Source: an uncultured Planctomycetia bacterium (lineage in GTDB: Bacteria; Omnitrophota; Gorgyraeia; 1-14-0-20-64-10). Taken from it: 64,000 nt of DNA. The notes under the pieces were generated by a model. That model was not told the origin of the DNA, did no database searches, and saw nothing but the letters and a program-made list of their open reading frames with translations. Every line of letters begins with the position of its first letter. The first letter of the stretch is position 1. The position numbers and the translations under genes were made by a program. The stretch spans positions 118,521-182,520 of the forward strand of contig CAYJVR010000002.1 in assembly GCA_964373715.1 (NCBI GenBank), written 5' to 3'. Of the stretch, positions 36,394 to 45,482 are shown piece after piece.

Positions 36394-37819
36394 CCTCAAC
36401 GGCGGTTCGGCCGCGCAGGCTGTTTCCGGCGCCCGGGCCGCTTTTGAAAGATGGAGATCCCTGTCTATCCGCCAGCGTGCGGCCTATCTGTTCACACTGC
36501 GCCGCCGGATCGCCGCCCAAGCGGAATCTCTCTCTCAGCTAATTGCCGAAGAGAACGGGAAGCCGGTCCTCGAAGCGTTAGGGGCGGAGGTTTTCGGGTC
36601 TCTGGAAGCTCTCGGCGTCCTTTTGTCGGAGGGGGAGAAATGGCTTGCTCCCGAAAATATCCGGATGACTTTTTTTGACCGGTTCCGTGGAGTGCGCCGA
36701 AGACAGCTCTTTTATGAACCGTTCGGTGTTATCGGGATCATAGGCACCTGGAATTACCCTCTTTTGATCAACATGAGGCAGATTACCAGCGCTTTATTTG
36801 CCGGCAACACCGTTGTCTGGAAACCGTCGGAACTTTCGCTGAATCTCGCCGTTCGTCTGCAGTCTCTTTTCGAGGAAGCCGGTTTCCCCGAGGGGGTCTT
36901 CACCCTCCTTCCCGGGGATAGCCGGGCCGGAGAGGCCCTTATTAAGGCGGGATGCGATAAGGTCATTTTTACCGGCCATGGGAAGACCGGCCGCAGGATT
37001 CTTGCTGCGTTGGCTGAACAGGCGGTGCCCTCGGTTATGGAGCTCTCCGGGGCGGACGCCGCTTTGGTTTGCGAGGATGCCGATCTTCCACTTGCCGTGA
37101 AAGGCCTGGCCTGGGGCGCGATGACCAACGCGGGGCAGTCCTGTGTCGCCAGCCGGCGCATTATCGTTCATCAGACTGTTTACCCTGTTTTCGCGGATGC
37201 CTTTCTCAAGATTGTCCGCGCCTTAAAGATCGGCGACCCGAAGAATCCGGACACGGAGGTTGGGCCGCTGAGGACGCAGGCGCAGGCGGATCTTTTGGAG
37301 GAGTTGATCCGGGATGCCGTCGGTAAAGGGGCCGTTGTATTGGCGGGCGGACGCCGATTGAACAATCCCGGAGGTGTTTTTTTTGAGCCGGCGGTTTTGA
37401 CAGGGGTAAACGATTCCATGACCATTGTCCGGGAAGAATTCTTCGGTCCGGTGGTTCTGTTATTTTCCGCCCGGGATGAGGGGGAGATGGTTGCGTTTGC
37501 CAACAACTCTCCGTACGGATTGGGCGCCAGCGTTTGGACCAGGGATCGCCGCCGCGGCCAGCGCCTCGCTTCCCGGTTGGAGTCGGGGATTGTTTGGGTC
37601 AATGAAGCCCTTTTTTCGGCCGGAGACGGTCGTCTTCCTTTCGGCGGCGTCAAAGGGTCTGGTTTCGGGCGGGTGGGCGGAGCGGAGGGTTTAAGGCAGA
37701 TGGCCCGCGTGAAATGCGTTGAGGAGGCGTCGCCTCAGGGGTTCCGTCCCCACTATTTCCCTTATGGCGCTGAGAAATATAAGCAGCTTTCCAAAATCAT
37801 CCGCTGGAGGCATCGGTGA
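36353..37819 (+). CDS. NAD(P)-dependent aldehyde dehydrogenase
   Basis: GTWNYPL, VVWKPSE, catalytic ELSGADAALV (Glu), GQSCVA (Cys) and EEFFGPV motifs. Confidence 0.85.
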   Translation: MSSLLSETLRQSVDLNGGSAAQAVSGARAAFERWRSLSIRQRAAYLFTLRRRIAAQAESLSQLIAEENGKPVLEALGAEVFGSLEALGVLLSEGEKWLAPENIRMTFFDRFRGVRRRQLFYEPFGVIGIIGTWNYPLLINMRQITSALFAGNTVVWKPSELSLNLAVRLQSLFEEAGFPEGVFTLLPGDSRAGEALIKAGCDKVIFTGHGKTGRRILAALAEQAVPSVMELSGADAALVCEDADLPLAVKGLAWGAMTNAGQSCVASRRIIVHQTVYPVFADAFLKIVRALKIGDPKNPDTEVGPLRTQAQADLLEELIRDAVGKGAVVLAGGRRLNNPGGVFFEPAVLTGVNDSMTIVREEFFGPVVLLFSARDEGEMVAFANNSPYGLGASVWTRDRRRGQRLASRLESGIVWVNEALFSAGDGRLPFGGVKGSGFGRVGGAEGLRQMARVKCVEEASPQGFRPHYFPYGAEKYKQLSKIIRWRHR

Positions 37820-37868
37820 CCCCACCACCTGTTTTCTCGGTGATGGGCAGGTTAAAGGAGGTGGTGGG

Positions 37869-39398
37869 GTGAGCCGTATCGCTGTGGTTGGAGGCGGACT
37901 TGCCGGTTTGGCCGCCGCTATCCGCTGCGCCCACGCGGGGCATGAAGTGACTCTGTTTGAGAAGAACGACCGGGCGGGGGGGAAGATGAACGTGATCGAG
38001 GAACGAGGGTTCCTTTTCGACACCGGCCCCACCATTATGACGATGCCGCAGAATCTGAACCGGTTGTTTGCCTCGGTAGGCCGGCGGCGGGAGGATTACA
38101 TTCCGCTCGTTCCGCTTGATCCCCAGTGGCGGGCTTTTTTCGAGGACGGGAAGGTGATCAACGTTTGGGGGAACCGGGGAAAAATGACCGAAGAGATCCG
38201 CCGGTTTTCGAGCAAAGATGCCGATTCGTACGCCCGGTTCCGGGAATATGCGCAAAGGATGTACGGGTTTGCGGAGAGGTTCTTCTTCTGGCGTTCGGTG
38301 AGCAATCTGAACGACCTGCTGGCGATGAACGGCCTGATGGGTATGGAGAGCATGAAAATCCTGTGGCAGATAGATCCGCTAGCGACCGTTTCAAACGCGA
38401 TTGACCGGCATTTCCAGGAGCCTCATGTGCGGCAGATCTTAGAGCATTTCATGCAGTACGTTGGTTCGGACCCGCACCGGGTCCCGGCGTTCCTGACGGC
38501 CATTCACCATATCCAGATGGAGTTCGGTGTCTGGTACCCGATGGGGGGCATGAATCGGATTGCCGCCGGCCTGACCCGGCTGGCGAATGATCTCGGCGTG
38601 AAGATTGTCCTTAACGCCCAGATCAGCCGGATCGTAACCGAAGGATTCCGTGTCCGAGGTGTGGAACTCCAGGGAGAGATGGTTCCGGCCGATGCGGTCC
38701 TTGCCAATTCGAACTTTGTTCGTTCCCACAAAGAGCTTCTGCCGGCGACCGCCACAAAACGACGCATTGAGAATAACCCTAAAAGGTATGAACCGGCCTG
38801 TTCGGGGATCGTGATCTATTTTGGGGTGGACCGGAAATATGATTCTCTCTGGCACCACGACTTCTTTTTTTCAAAGGATCCGAAACGGGAATTTGAGGAC
38901 ATCTACCGAAGGAAAATCCCGACGCAGGACCCGACGCTGTGCGTCTGCGCCCCTTCCCGGACCGACGCCTCCGTGGCTCCGCCCGGCTGCGAAAACGTTT
39001 ACGTGCTGGTGCATACTCCATACCTGCAGGGAAAAGAAAACTGGGAGACCCTCTACCGGCCGTACAGAGACCTGATCGTCCGGAAGCTGGAGAGGTGCGG
39101 GCTGACCGATTTCCGGAAACACATCGTAGTGGAGAAGTGGATGACGCCGGTGGATTTGGAGCAGCGGTACCGGGTGGACCGAGGGGCAATCTATGGGATC
39201 GCCAGCCACGGCCGGTTCCGGGGAGGGTTTAAACCTTCCAACCGGTCGAAAGATTTTTCGAATCTCTACTTCTGCGGAGGCAGCGTTAATCCCGGCCCCG
39301 GTGTCCCGATGGCGCTCATGTCGGGGCAGATTGCCGCCGACTGCGTTCTTGAGGACATCGGTTCGGTTCGTGCCTTCCGGCAGCCTAGTTTGGTTTAA
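37869..39398 (+). CDS. Phytoene-desaturase-family FAD-dependent oxidoreductase, copy 2; likely GTG start at 37869, preceded by AAAGGAGG
   Basis: IAVVGGGLAGLAAA...LFEKNDRAGGK; C-terminal YFCGGSVNPGPGVP. Confidence 0.8.
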   Translation: MSRIAVVGGGLAGLAAAIRCAHAGHEVTLFEKNDRAGGKMNVIEERGFLFDTGPTIMTMPQNLNRLFASVGRRREDYIPLVPLDPQWRAFFEDGKVINVWGNRGKMTEEIRRFSSKDADSYARFREYAQRMYGFAERFFFWRSVSNLNDLLAMNGLMGMESMKILWQIDPLATVSNAIDRHFQEPHVRQILEHFMQYVGSDPHRVPAFLTAIHHIQMEFGVWYPMGGMNRIAAGLTRLANDLGVKIVLNAQISRIVTEGFRVRGVELQGEMVPADAVLANSNFVRSHKELLPATATKRRIENNPKRYEPACSGIVIYFGVDRKYDSLWHHDFFFSKDPKREFEDIYRRKIPTQDPTLCVCAPSRTDASVAPPGCENVYVLVHTPYLQGKENWETLYRPYRDLIVRKLERCGLTDFRKHIVVEKWMTPVDLEQRYRVDRGAIYGIASHGRFRGGFKPSNRSKDFSNLYFCGGSVNPGPGVPMALMSGQIAADCVLEDIGSVRAFRQPSLV

Positions 39399-39404
39399 AA
39401 AACG

Positions 39405-40508
39405 GTGTCAGCCAACCTTTACACCCATCCTCCGTCGAGGTTGTTGTACGCTCAGGTCAGGGAAGATCCCGATGTGGATCTTCAAGCTCTGCGTATTGTT
39501 CCCGACGACAAGGTGCTGGCCGTCACCTCCGGCGGCTGCACCGCGCTGACCCTGCTGGCGGAAGGGCCGAAGGAGCTCCTCTGCGTCGATTTCAACCCCG
39601 CCCAGAATTACCTGCTCGAGCTTAAACTGGCGGCGATCCGCAGTCTGCCCCTGGTTGAATGCCGATCTTTCCTCGGGGCCCGTAAAGGAGGCGGACGGTT
39701 GGCCGCGTACCGGTCCCTGACCGGAGCGCTTTCACCGCTGACCCGGGTCTTTTGGGACAAGAACCCCCAGAGGATCGAGGAGGGGGTCCTTTACGCGGGC
39801 GCCACCGAAGCGATGGTGAAATGGATGAGGCGCCTTGTCTTTGGGTTTGTCCATTCTCCCGAGACGTTAAGGCCTTTGCTTAAACAGAGAGATACGCAGG
39901 CCCAAACCGATTTTTACAAGAATGTTTGGAACAATAAACGGTGGCAAGGTGTAATGAAACTGGCTTTCCATCCGCTGATGTTCAAAGTTGTTTACGGGCG
40001 CCGGTTTCTTCAACGGCTCGGCGAGGAAGATCTTACCAGTTTGTGGATGCAGAAGATCGAGCATGCCTTCACAGATATCCCGGTCCGAAACAACTATTTT
40101 CTTTCCCAGTTATTTTGGGGAAGGTTCCTTCCCGGAGAAGAAGGGCTGCCGCCCTATCTGCGTGAAGGGGTCTTCGAGCGGGTCCGGGCGAACGCCGGCC
40201 GTTTGAAATGGGTGACGGGCGATCTTATCACTGTTTTAGGAAGCGTTCCTCTGGGGCGTTACACCAGGATGACCCTTTCCAACGCTTTTGAGTGGATTCC
40301 AAAAATGAGGACAAAAGAGGCGTTTGAGTCTCTGTCCTGGGCTCTCGCACCCGGCGGGAAGGCGGTTGTGCGGCACCTGCTGGGCGTGACCCCTCTGCCG
40401 GCCGGCGTTGATTTGCGGGAGCTCAAAGAAGTCAGCGATCGGCTGACAGTCCAGGAAAGGGCATTCCTTTACAGCCGGGTATCGGTTTATGAAAGGACCC
40501 GGCAATGA
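39405..40508 (+). CDS. DUF3419 / BtaA-like protein (family of SAM:diacylglycerol 3-amino-3-carboxypropyl transferase)
   Basis: N-terminal LLYAQVREDPDVDLQAL...VLAVTSGGCTAL matches the YAQVWEDP...SAGCN signature I recall for BtaA/DUF3419. Confidence 0.6.
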   Translation: MSANLYTHPPSRLLYAQVREDPDVDLQALRIVPDDKVLAVTSGGCTALTLLAEGPKELLCVDFNPAQNYLLELKLAAIRSLPLVECRSFLGARKGGGRLAAYRSLTGALSPLTRVFWDKNPQRIEEGVLYAGATEAMVKWMRRLVFGFVHSPETLRPLLKQRDTQAQTDFYKNVWNNKRWQGVMKLAFHPLMFKVVYGRRFLQRLGEEDLTSLWMQKIEHAFTDIPVRNNYFLSQLFWGRFLPGEEGLPPYLREGVFERVRANAGRLKWVTGDLITVLGSVPLGRYTRMTLSNAFEWIPKMRTKEAFESLSWALAPGGKAVVRHLLGVTPLPAGVDLRELKEVSDRLTVQERAFLYSRVSVYERTRQ

Positions 40509-41461
40509 CGGCTGTTGTTTCGCGCAGGTGGTTAGGCCCGCTGTGCAGGTGGCTCTGGTATCTGTCCCTCTCTTATTTATGGCTTGGCCTGATGTTCCTC
40601 CTGTTCATCCATCAGGCGACCTCTTTTTTCTGGTGGGGTTTGCCAGCGGCCGTCATTTTTTGGAGATTGGCGAAAGCTCTGTCGCCGCATTCTTTCGGAA
40701 CCTTCGGCAAATGGACGGTCCATTTTCTCTGCGCGTTTTTGCTTATCGGCGGGCAAGTTCTCCTATGGCGTTACGGCTATTTTTTCCGGGATCCGGAAAG
40801 GGTAATCCCTTCCCGGCCGGCTATCCTGGCTCCGGCGGATGGTTTTATCGTTTATATCCGGCCGGTCAGCGAGGGGATGGTTCCTCTGGCCATCAAGAAC
40901 AAGGTGCCGATCCGGTTGGAGGAGATCCTCAAGATGGAGAGTCCCATCGGGGAAAGCGTGATCGTCGGGATCTTCATGACGCCGATGAGCGTCCACATCA
41001 ACCGGTCCCCGATCAACGGTGTTATCCAGGAGAGGGCCTACTTTACGGGGGAGCCGATGCGCTCGATGCTGCCGATGGGTCTTCGCACGATGTTTCTTCG
41101 AAAACCTTTTGAAGCGGGGTCGGAGCATATTCTCCGGAATGAGAGGGAGACCCTGTTGATCCGAGGAGATTTCCCGGTTTTGCTGACCCGTATTGCCGAC
41201 CCTTTCGTGGATAAGATTGTGACCTGGAAAACCATCGGAGAGACGGTCCGGCAGGGTGAACGGCTGGGGCTCATCAAGATGGGTTCCCAAACGGATCTGG
41301 TGTTTCCTTCCCGGATGAACGGCAAGCCGGTCCGCGTTTATGTCAAAGAGGGACAGTATGTGTATGCCGGCAGCACCATTCTCGCCGATTACGATGGCGC
41401 TGCCCTCGCACACCACCCTCTCCCCCTGCTAGGGGGAGAGGATAAAGGTGAGGGGGTATGA
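40505..41461 (+). CDS. Phosphatidylserine-decarboxylase-like (pyruvoyl-dependent) enzyme with N-terminal TM segments
   Basis: Three N-terminal TM helices; FMTPMSVHINRSP.NG and LIKMGSQTD (the G-S-T/Q self-cleavage region) resemble PSD family motifs. ATGA overlap with the upstream gene. Confidence 0.65.
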   Translation: MTAVVSRRWLGPLCRWLWYLSLSYLWLGLMFLLFIHQATSFFWWGLPAAVIFWRLAKALSPHSFGTFGKWTVHFLCAFLLIGGQVLLWRYGYFFRDPERVIPSRPAILAPADGFIVYIRPVSEGMVPLAIKNKVPIRLEEILKMESPIGESVIVGIFMTPMSVHINRSPINGVIQERAYFTGEPMRSMLPMGLRTMFLRKPFEAGSEHILRNERETLLIRGDFPVLLTRIADPFVDKIVTWKTIGETVRQGERLGLIKMGSQTDLVFPSRMNGKPVRVYVKEGQYVYAGSTILADYDGAALAHHPLPLLGGEDKGEGV

Positions 41462-43395
41462 TCTCCGTCATCATCCCGACGCTGAACGAAGAGGCAACCC
41501 TTCAGGCAACGCTCGATTCAGTTGCGGCCAACCAGGCGGATTATGAAGTAATCGTCGTGGATGCCGGCAGCAGCGACAAAACGGCGGAGATTGCGCACGG
41601 CGCCGGCGCTCGCCTTCTGGTGAGCCCCCGGCGACATCGGGCGGCCCAGATGAATTTTGGGGCGAAGGAGGCGAAAGGGGAGATACTGTTCTTCCTCCAC
41701 GCCGATACCCGGATTCCTACCGCCGCTTTGAAACGGATCGAGCAGGCGCTTGCGCGGGCGGACATGGTTGGCGGCGGGTTCCGTCGTTATTTCGATTCAA
41801 AGTCGCTGTTTTTGAGAGCCAGTTGCTGGGTGGCCGGGATCCGGTGCCGGGTCTCGGGGCTGTTCTTGGGGGACCAGGGGATATTCATCCGGCGCAGTCT
41901 CTTTGAAAAATTGGGCGGTTTCCGGGAGCTGGATTTCTTTGAGGATGTGGATCTCTGCCGTCGGATGAAGGAATTTGGACGGGTGGCGACCCTGGGTCCG
42001 CCGGTTCTTTCATCGGCCCGCCGGTTCGAGCGTTTTGGGCCGGTGGCCACGACCTTCACGGACCTCTCTTTATCGCTGAGGTACATAAAAGGGGAAGATC
42101 CGAACGGTTTAGCCGCAGAATTGAGGGGTGAGTTCACGTCCGGCGAAAAGATATCGGCCATCATCCCGACACTCAATGAAGAAGAGTCATTGCCCCGCCT
42201 GCTTTCCCAGGTTTGCGGAAAAGTTGAGGAGGTGATCGTCGTTGATGGGGGGTCTTCGGACGGCACAGTGGAAGCCGCTCGGCATTTTCCGGTCAAGGTC
42301 ATCCTCTCCGCGAGGGGGAGGGCTTTTCAGATGAATACGGGGGCGTCAGCCGCTTCAGGGGATCTCCTCTGGTTTCTCCACGCTGATACCCAGCTGCCGT
42401 CCAATTGGCGCGGGCAGATGGCCTCTGCTTTGAGAAAGCCATCCGTTATTGGAGGGGGATTCCGAGTGGTGATTGATGCCTCCGGCATCGGGTACCGTTT
42501 TCTCGATTTATGGGGGCGGTTGCGCACCGGCATCCAAGGGTCTTTCTATGGAGACCAGGGGATCTTTGTGCGTCGCGGATTCTTTGAATCGTTAGGAGGG
42601 TTTGACGACCGTCCTGTTTTGGAAGATTTGGATTTCTCAACGAGGATGTCACGGCGGGCCAGGGTAAAAATTCTTGCCGGGCCTATAAAAACGTCGGCCA
42701 GACGCTGGCAATCCCAGGGCTGGTGGTCCACCGTGTTGCAGCACTGCCGGTACGCTGTTTCTTACCTGTTTAGCCCGAAAGCCGGTTCTGCGGCCGTTTT
42801 GATCGTTATGGCAAAAGCCCCTGTTCCCGGTCAGGTGAAGACCCGGCTTATTCCGGCTTTAAACCCGGAACAGGCCGCTCAGATTGCCGAAAGGCTTTTG
42901 AGGGAAACAGCGGTTCTTGTCCATCAGGTGGAGGGGATCCGCCCCGTTATTGCCGTTTCCCCTCCGGAGGGAATGGAGCGGGTGAAAGAGGTCCTTTCTT
43001 TTCCGGCGAGATTGATTCCTCAGCCGGAAGGGGATCTTGGGATCCGTTTGACCCGGTTATTCCAGGAGACTTTTGATTCCGGCGCCCAGGCGGTGCTGGT
43101 GTTGGGGGCCGATCACCCGAATCTTCCGCAAGAGTATCTGGCGCAGGCGGTAGCGGAGTTAAGAAAAAGAGGGGACCGGGTTGTGTTCGGGCCGACCGAG
43201 GATGGCGGATATTATCTGGTCGGGATGAAAAGGCCGCACCCCGAGCTGTTTGCCGGGATAACCTGGAGCACCTCTGAGGTCTTGCGCCAAACCCTGGGAA
43301 AGGCGAAGACCTCTGGAGTTTCTGTAAAGCTATTACCTTCCTGGTACGATTTGGATCGGCCTGAGGATTTGGCCCGGTTAGCCGTTGTGACTTGA
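41458..43395 (+). CDS. Triple fusion: GT2 glycosyltransferase + GT2 glycosyltransferase + DUF2064 (MobA-like nucleotidyltransferase fold)
   Basis: Two copies of the IS(V/A)IIPTLNEE...(L)FLHADT GT-A signature at residues 1-210 and 220-440. C-terminal LIVMAKAPVPGQVKTRLIP...GADHPNL...EDGGYYLVG resembles DUF2064. ATGA overlap with the upstream gene. Confidence 0.8.
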   Translation: MISVIIPTLNEEATLQATLDSVAANQADYEVIVVDAGSSDKTAEIAHGAGARLLVSPRRHRAAQMNFGAKEAKGEILFFLHADTRIPTAALKRIEQALARADMVGGGFRRYFDSKSLFLRASCWVAGIRCRVSGLFLGDQGIFIRRSLFEKLGGFRELDFFEDVDLCRRMKEFGRVATLGPPVLSSARRFERFGPVATTFTDLSLSLRYIKGEDPNGLAAELRGEFTSGEKISAIIPTLNEEESLPRLLSQVCGKVEEVIVVDGGSSDGTVEAARHFPVKVILSARGRAFQMNTGASAASGDLLWFLHADTQLPSNWRGQMASALRKPSVIGGGFRVVIDASGIGYRFLDLWGRLRTGIQGSFYGDQGIFVRRGFFESLGGFDDRPVLEDLDFSTRMSRRARVKILAGPIKTSARRWQSQGWWSTVLQHCRYAVSYLFSPKAGSAAVLIVMAKAPVPGQVKTRLIPALNPEQAAQIAERLLRETAVLVHQVEGIRPVIAVSPPEGMERVKEVLSFPARLIPQPEGDLGIRLTRLFQETFDSGAQAVLVLGADHPNLPQEYLAQAVAELRKRGDRVVFGPTEDGGYYLVGMKRPHPELFAGITWSTSEVLRQTLGKAKTSGVSVKLLPSWYDLDRPEDLARLAVVT

Positions 43396-43454
43396 GACGC
43401 GATTTGCGGTAAAATAACGGATGAAACTGTCAGGAGAGAAGAGATTCGAGAACG

Positions 43455-43781
43455 ATGGGAATGCCGAATAAACCCCCGCGGCTTCGAGATCCGAGAATCG
43501 CGGCGGTCGTCAATCAAAACGGATGCACCGGCTGTGAAGCCTGCCTGACTGTCTGTCCGGTGGATTCTATTGAGTTTGTGCCTGGCGTGGAATACTCCGG
43601 TTTATTAAAAATGGTGGAGATAGATCTGGATCGCTGCATCGGCTGCGGGCTGTGCCCGAAAATTTGCCCGTGGGACACCATATCGATGGTCGACTACAAA
43701 GAGGCGCGTCCGATAGCGGAATCCCTCACGATCCGCAGCATTGTGCCGGGGCAAAAGCCCGGCGTCTCTTCCCCTGTTTAA
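43455..43781 (+). CDS. 2[4Fe-4S] ferredoxin
   Basis: CTGCEACLTVCP and CIGCGLCPKICP cluster-binding motifs. Confidence 0.8.
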   Translation: MGMPNKPPRLRDPRIAAVVNQNGCTGCEACLTVCPVDSIEFVPGVEYSGLLKMVEIDLDRCIGCGLCPKICPWDTISMVDYKEARPIAESLTIRSIVPGQKPGVSSPV

Positions 43782-43793
43782 AAGGAAAATGCA

Positions 43794-44267
43794 ATGGCCG
43801 CGACGTATGTCACAAAAGCGGGTCTTGAAAAACTCCAGCAGCAGTTGAAGGATCTTACTGATCACAAGAGGCGCCTTTCCGCGGAGGTGGGCAAAGCAAG
43901 GGAGTTGGGTGATTTGCGGGAAAACGCCGAGTACCATGCCGCCCGGGAGCGCCTCGGACAAATACTCGATAAGATCGCCGTACTCCAGGAAAAACTCCAG
44001 CATGTGGAAATCGTGGACACCTCCACACTTCAGAAGGGTATCGCGATCATCGGAACCCGCGTGACGGTCAAGGATCTCAGCAGCTCGCAGGAAGAGACTT
44101 ACGAATTGGTGGGGGCTGAAGAGTCGGATCCGGCCGCCGGTAAGATCTCGGTCCTTTCTCCTCTGGGTAAAGCTTTTCTCGGGCATAAGGTCAACGAGAA
44201 GGTGACAGCCGCCCTCCCGGGAGGAGCCTTTTCCTACCAGATCCTTTCCATAGAGCCGGTTGGATAA
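43794..44267 (+). CDS. greA: Transcription elongation factor GreA
   Basis: LTKAGLEKLQQQL coiled-coil N-terminus, RENAEYHAAR motif, and an FKBP-like C-terminal domain. Confidence 0.9.
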   Translation: MAATYVTKAGLEKLQQQLKDLTDHKRRLSAEVGKARELGDLRENAEYHAARERLGQILDKIAVLQEKLQHVEIVDTSTLQKGIAIIGTRVTVKDLSSSQEETYELVGAEESDPAAGKISVLSPLGKAFLGHKVNEKVTAALPGGAFSYQILSIEPVG

Positions 44268-45477
44268 ACAAAAGAGACAAGTCCGTTTTCTCATTTACGG
44301 GGCCGGTTTCCTTCGGGCTGCCGGCGTCGGCCTTCTCGGGGTCCTGTTCGCGCTCTACCTCTCTTTGGGGGGTCTCCATGCGGCCCAGATCGGAATCCTC
44401 GTTGCCGTAGGGATAGCGGGAAATGCCTGCGGCACTTTTTTTGTCAGTTTTTGGGCTGACCGGTTGGGCCGCCGAAACACCCTTATGGTTTTAGCCGGAT
44501 GCGCGTCGGCCGGCGGCATAGGCTTAAGCCTCTTCCCTGGGTTCCTTCCTCTGGCGCTCGTTTGCTTTTTCGGGATGGTCAACGCTTTCGGAAGGGAAAG
44601 GGGAGCTCTTTACACGCTGGAACAGGCGATTTTGCCCGGGATGGTTGACGATCAGCACCGGACGCAGGCGCTTGCTTGGTACAACGTCATTCTTGATGCA
44701 GGTCTTGCAGTCGGTTCTCTGCTTGGGGGGCTCCCTGTTTTTTTGAGGCAAAATGCCGCTTTTTCGGAAATCGTTTCTTACCAGGCGGCTTTTTTTCTCT
44801 ACACGGCGACGGGGTTGATAAGCCTGCTTCTTTATTCGAGGCTGACTTCCTGCGCCGAGATCCATGAGCCGGCCGGATGGCGTAAAATCTCTCCCGAATC
44901 CAAAAAGGTCGTCACCCGGATCAGCCTCCTGTTCGGGCTGGACAGTTTCGGCGGAGGGTTCCTTCCCGGCACACTGCTTGCCTACTGGTTTTTTAAGAGG
45001 TTCGGTCTGCACGAAAAGGATCTGGCGATGCTTTTCTTTCTCGCCCATGTGGCCAACGCTTTCTCTTATCCGGCGGCCGCTTGGTTGTCTCGCCGGATTG
45101 GTTTGGTCAAGACGATGGTGTTTACCCACATCCCCTCGCATTGCTGTCTCTTAGCGCTTCCTTTTGCGCCGACGGCGGCTGCGGCGGTTGCGTTGTTCCT
45201 GGTCCGGGAATGCCTGGTGGAAATGGACCTCCCCACACGCCAGTCGTACGTTATGGCGGTTGTTGATCCCTCCGAAAGGACGGTCGCCTCCGGAGTGACA
45301 AATTTGACCCGCTTGACCGCTTGGGCGATATCCCCCAGCTTGGCCGGTTTCGCCATCGGATCGCTGGGATTAAATTTCCCTCTTTTTTTCGGAGGCGGGA
45401 TTAAGATTATTTATGACCTGGCCCTTTTTAATTCTTTCCGCCACATAAAACCTCCGGAAGAAAAAGAGAGACGGTAG
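44260..45477 (+). CDS. MFS transporter
   Basis: 12 TM helices; DRLGRR motif between TM2 and TM3. Confidence 0.75.
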   Translation: MDKQKRQVRFLIYGAGFLRAAGVGLLGVLFALYLSLGGLHAAQIGILVAVGIAGNACGTFFVSFWADRLGRRNTLMVLAGCASAGGIGLSLFPGFLPLALVCFFGMVNAFGRERGALYTLEQAILPGMVDDQHRTQALAWYNVILDAGLAVGSLLGGLPVFLRQNAAFSEIVSYQAAFFLYTATGLISLLLYSRLTSCAEIHEPAGWRKISPESKKVVTRISLLFGLDSFGGGFLPGTLLAYWFFKRFGLHEKDLAMLFFLAHVANAFSYPAAAWLSRRIGLVKTMVFTHIPSHCCLLALPFAPTAAAAVALFLVRECLVEMDLPTRQSYVMAVVDPSERTVASGVTNLTRLTAWAISPSLAGFAIGSLGLNFPLFFGGGIKIIYDLALFNSFRHIKPPEEKERR

Positions 45478-45482
45478 AGGCG

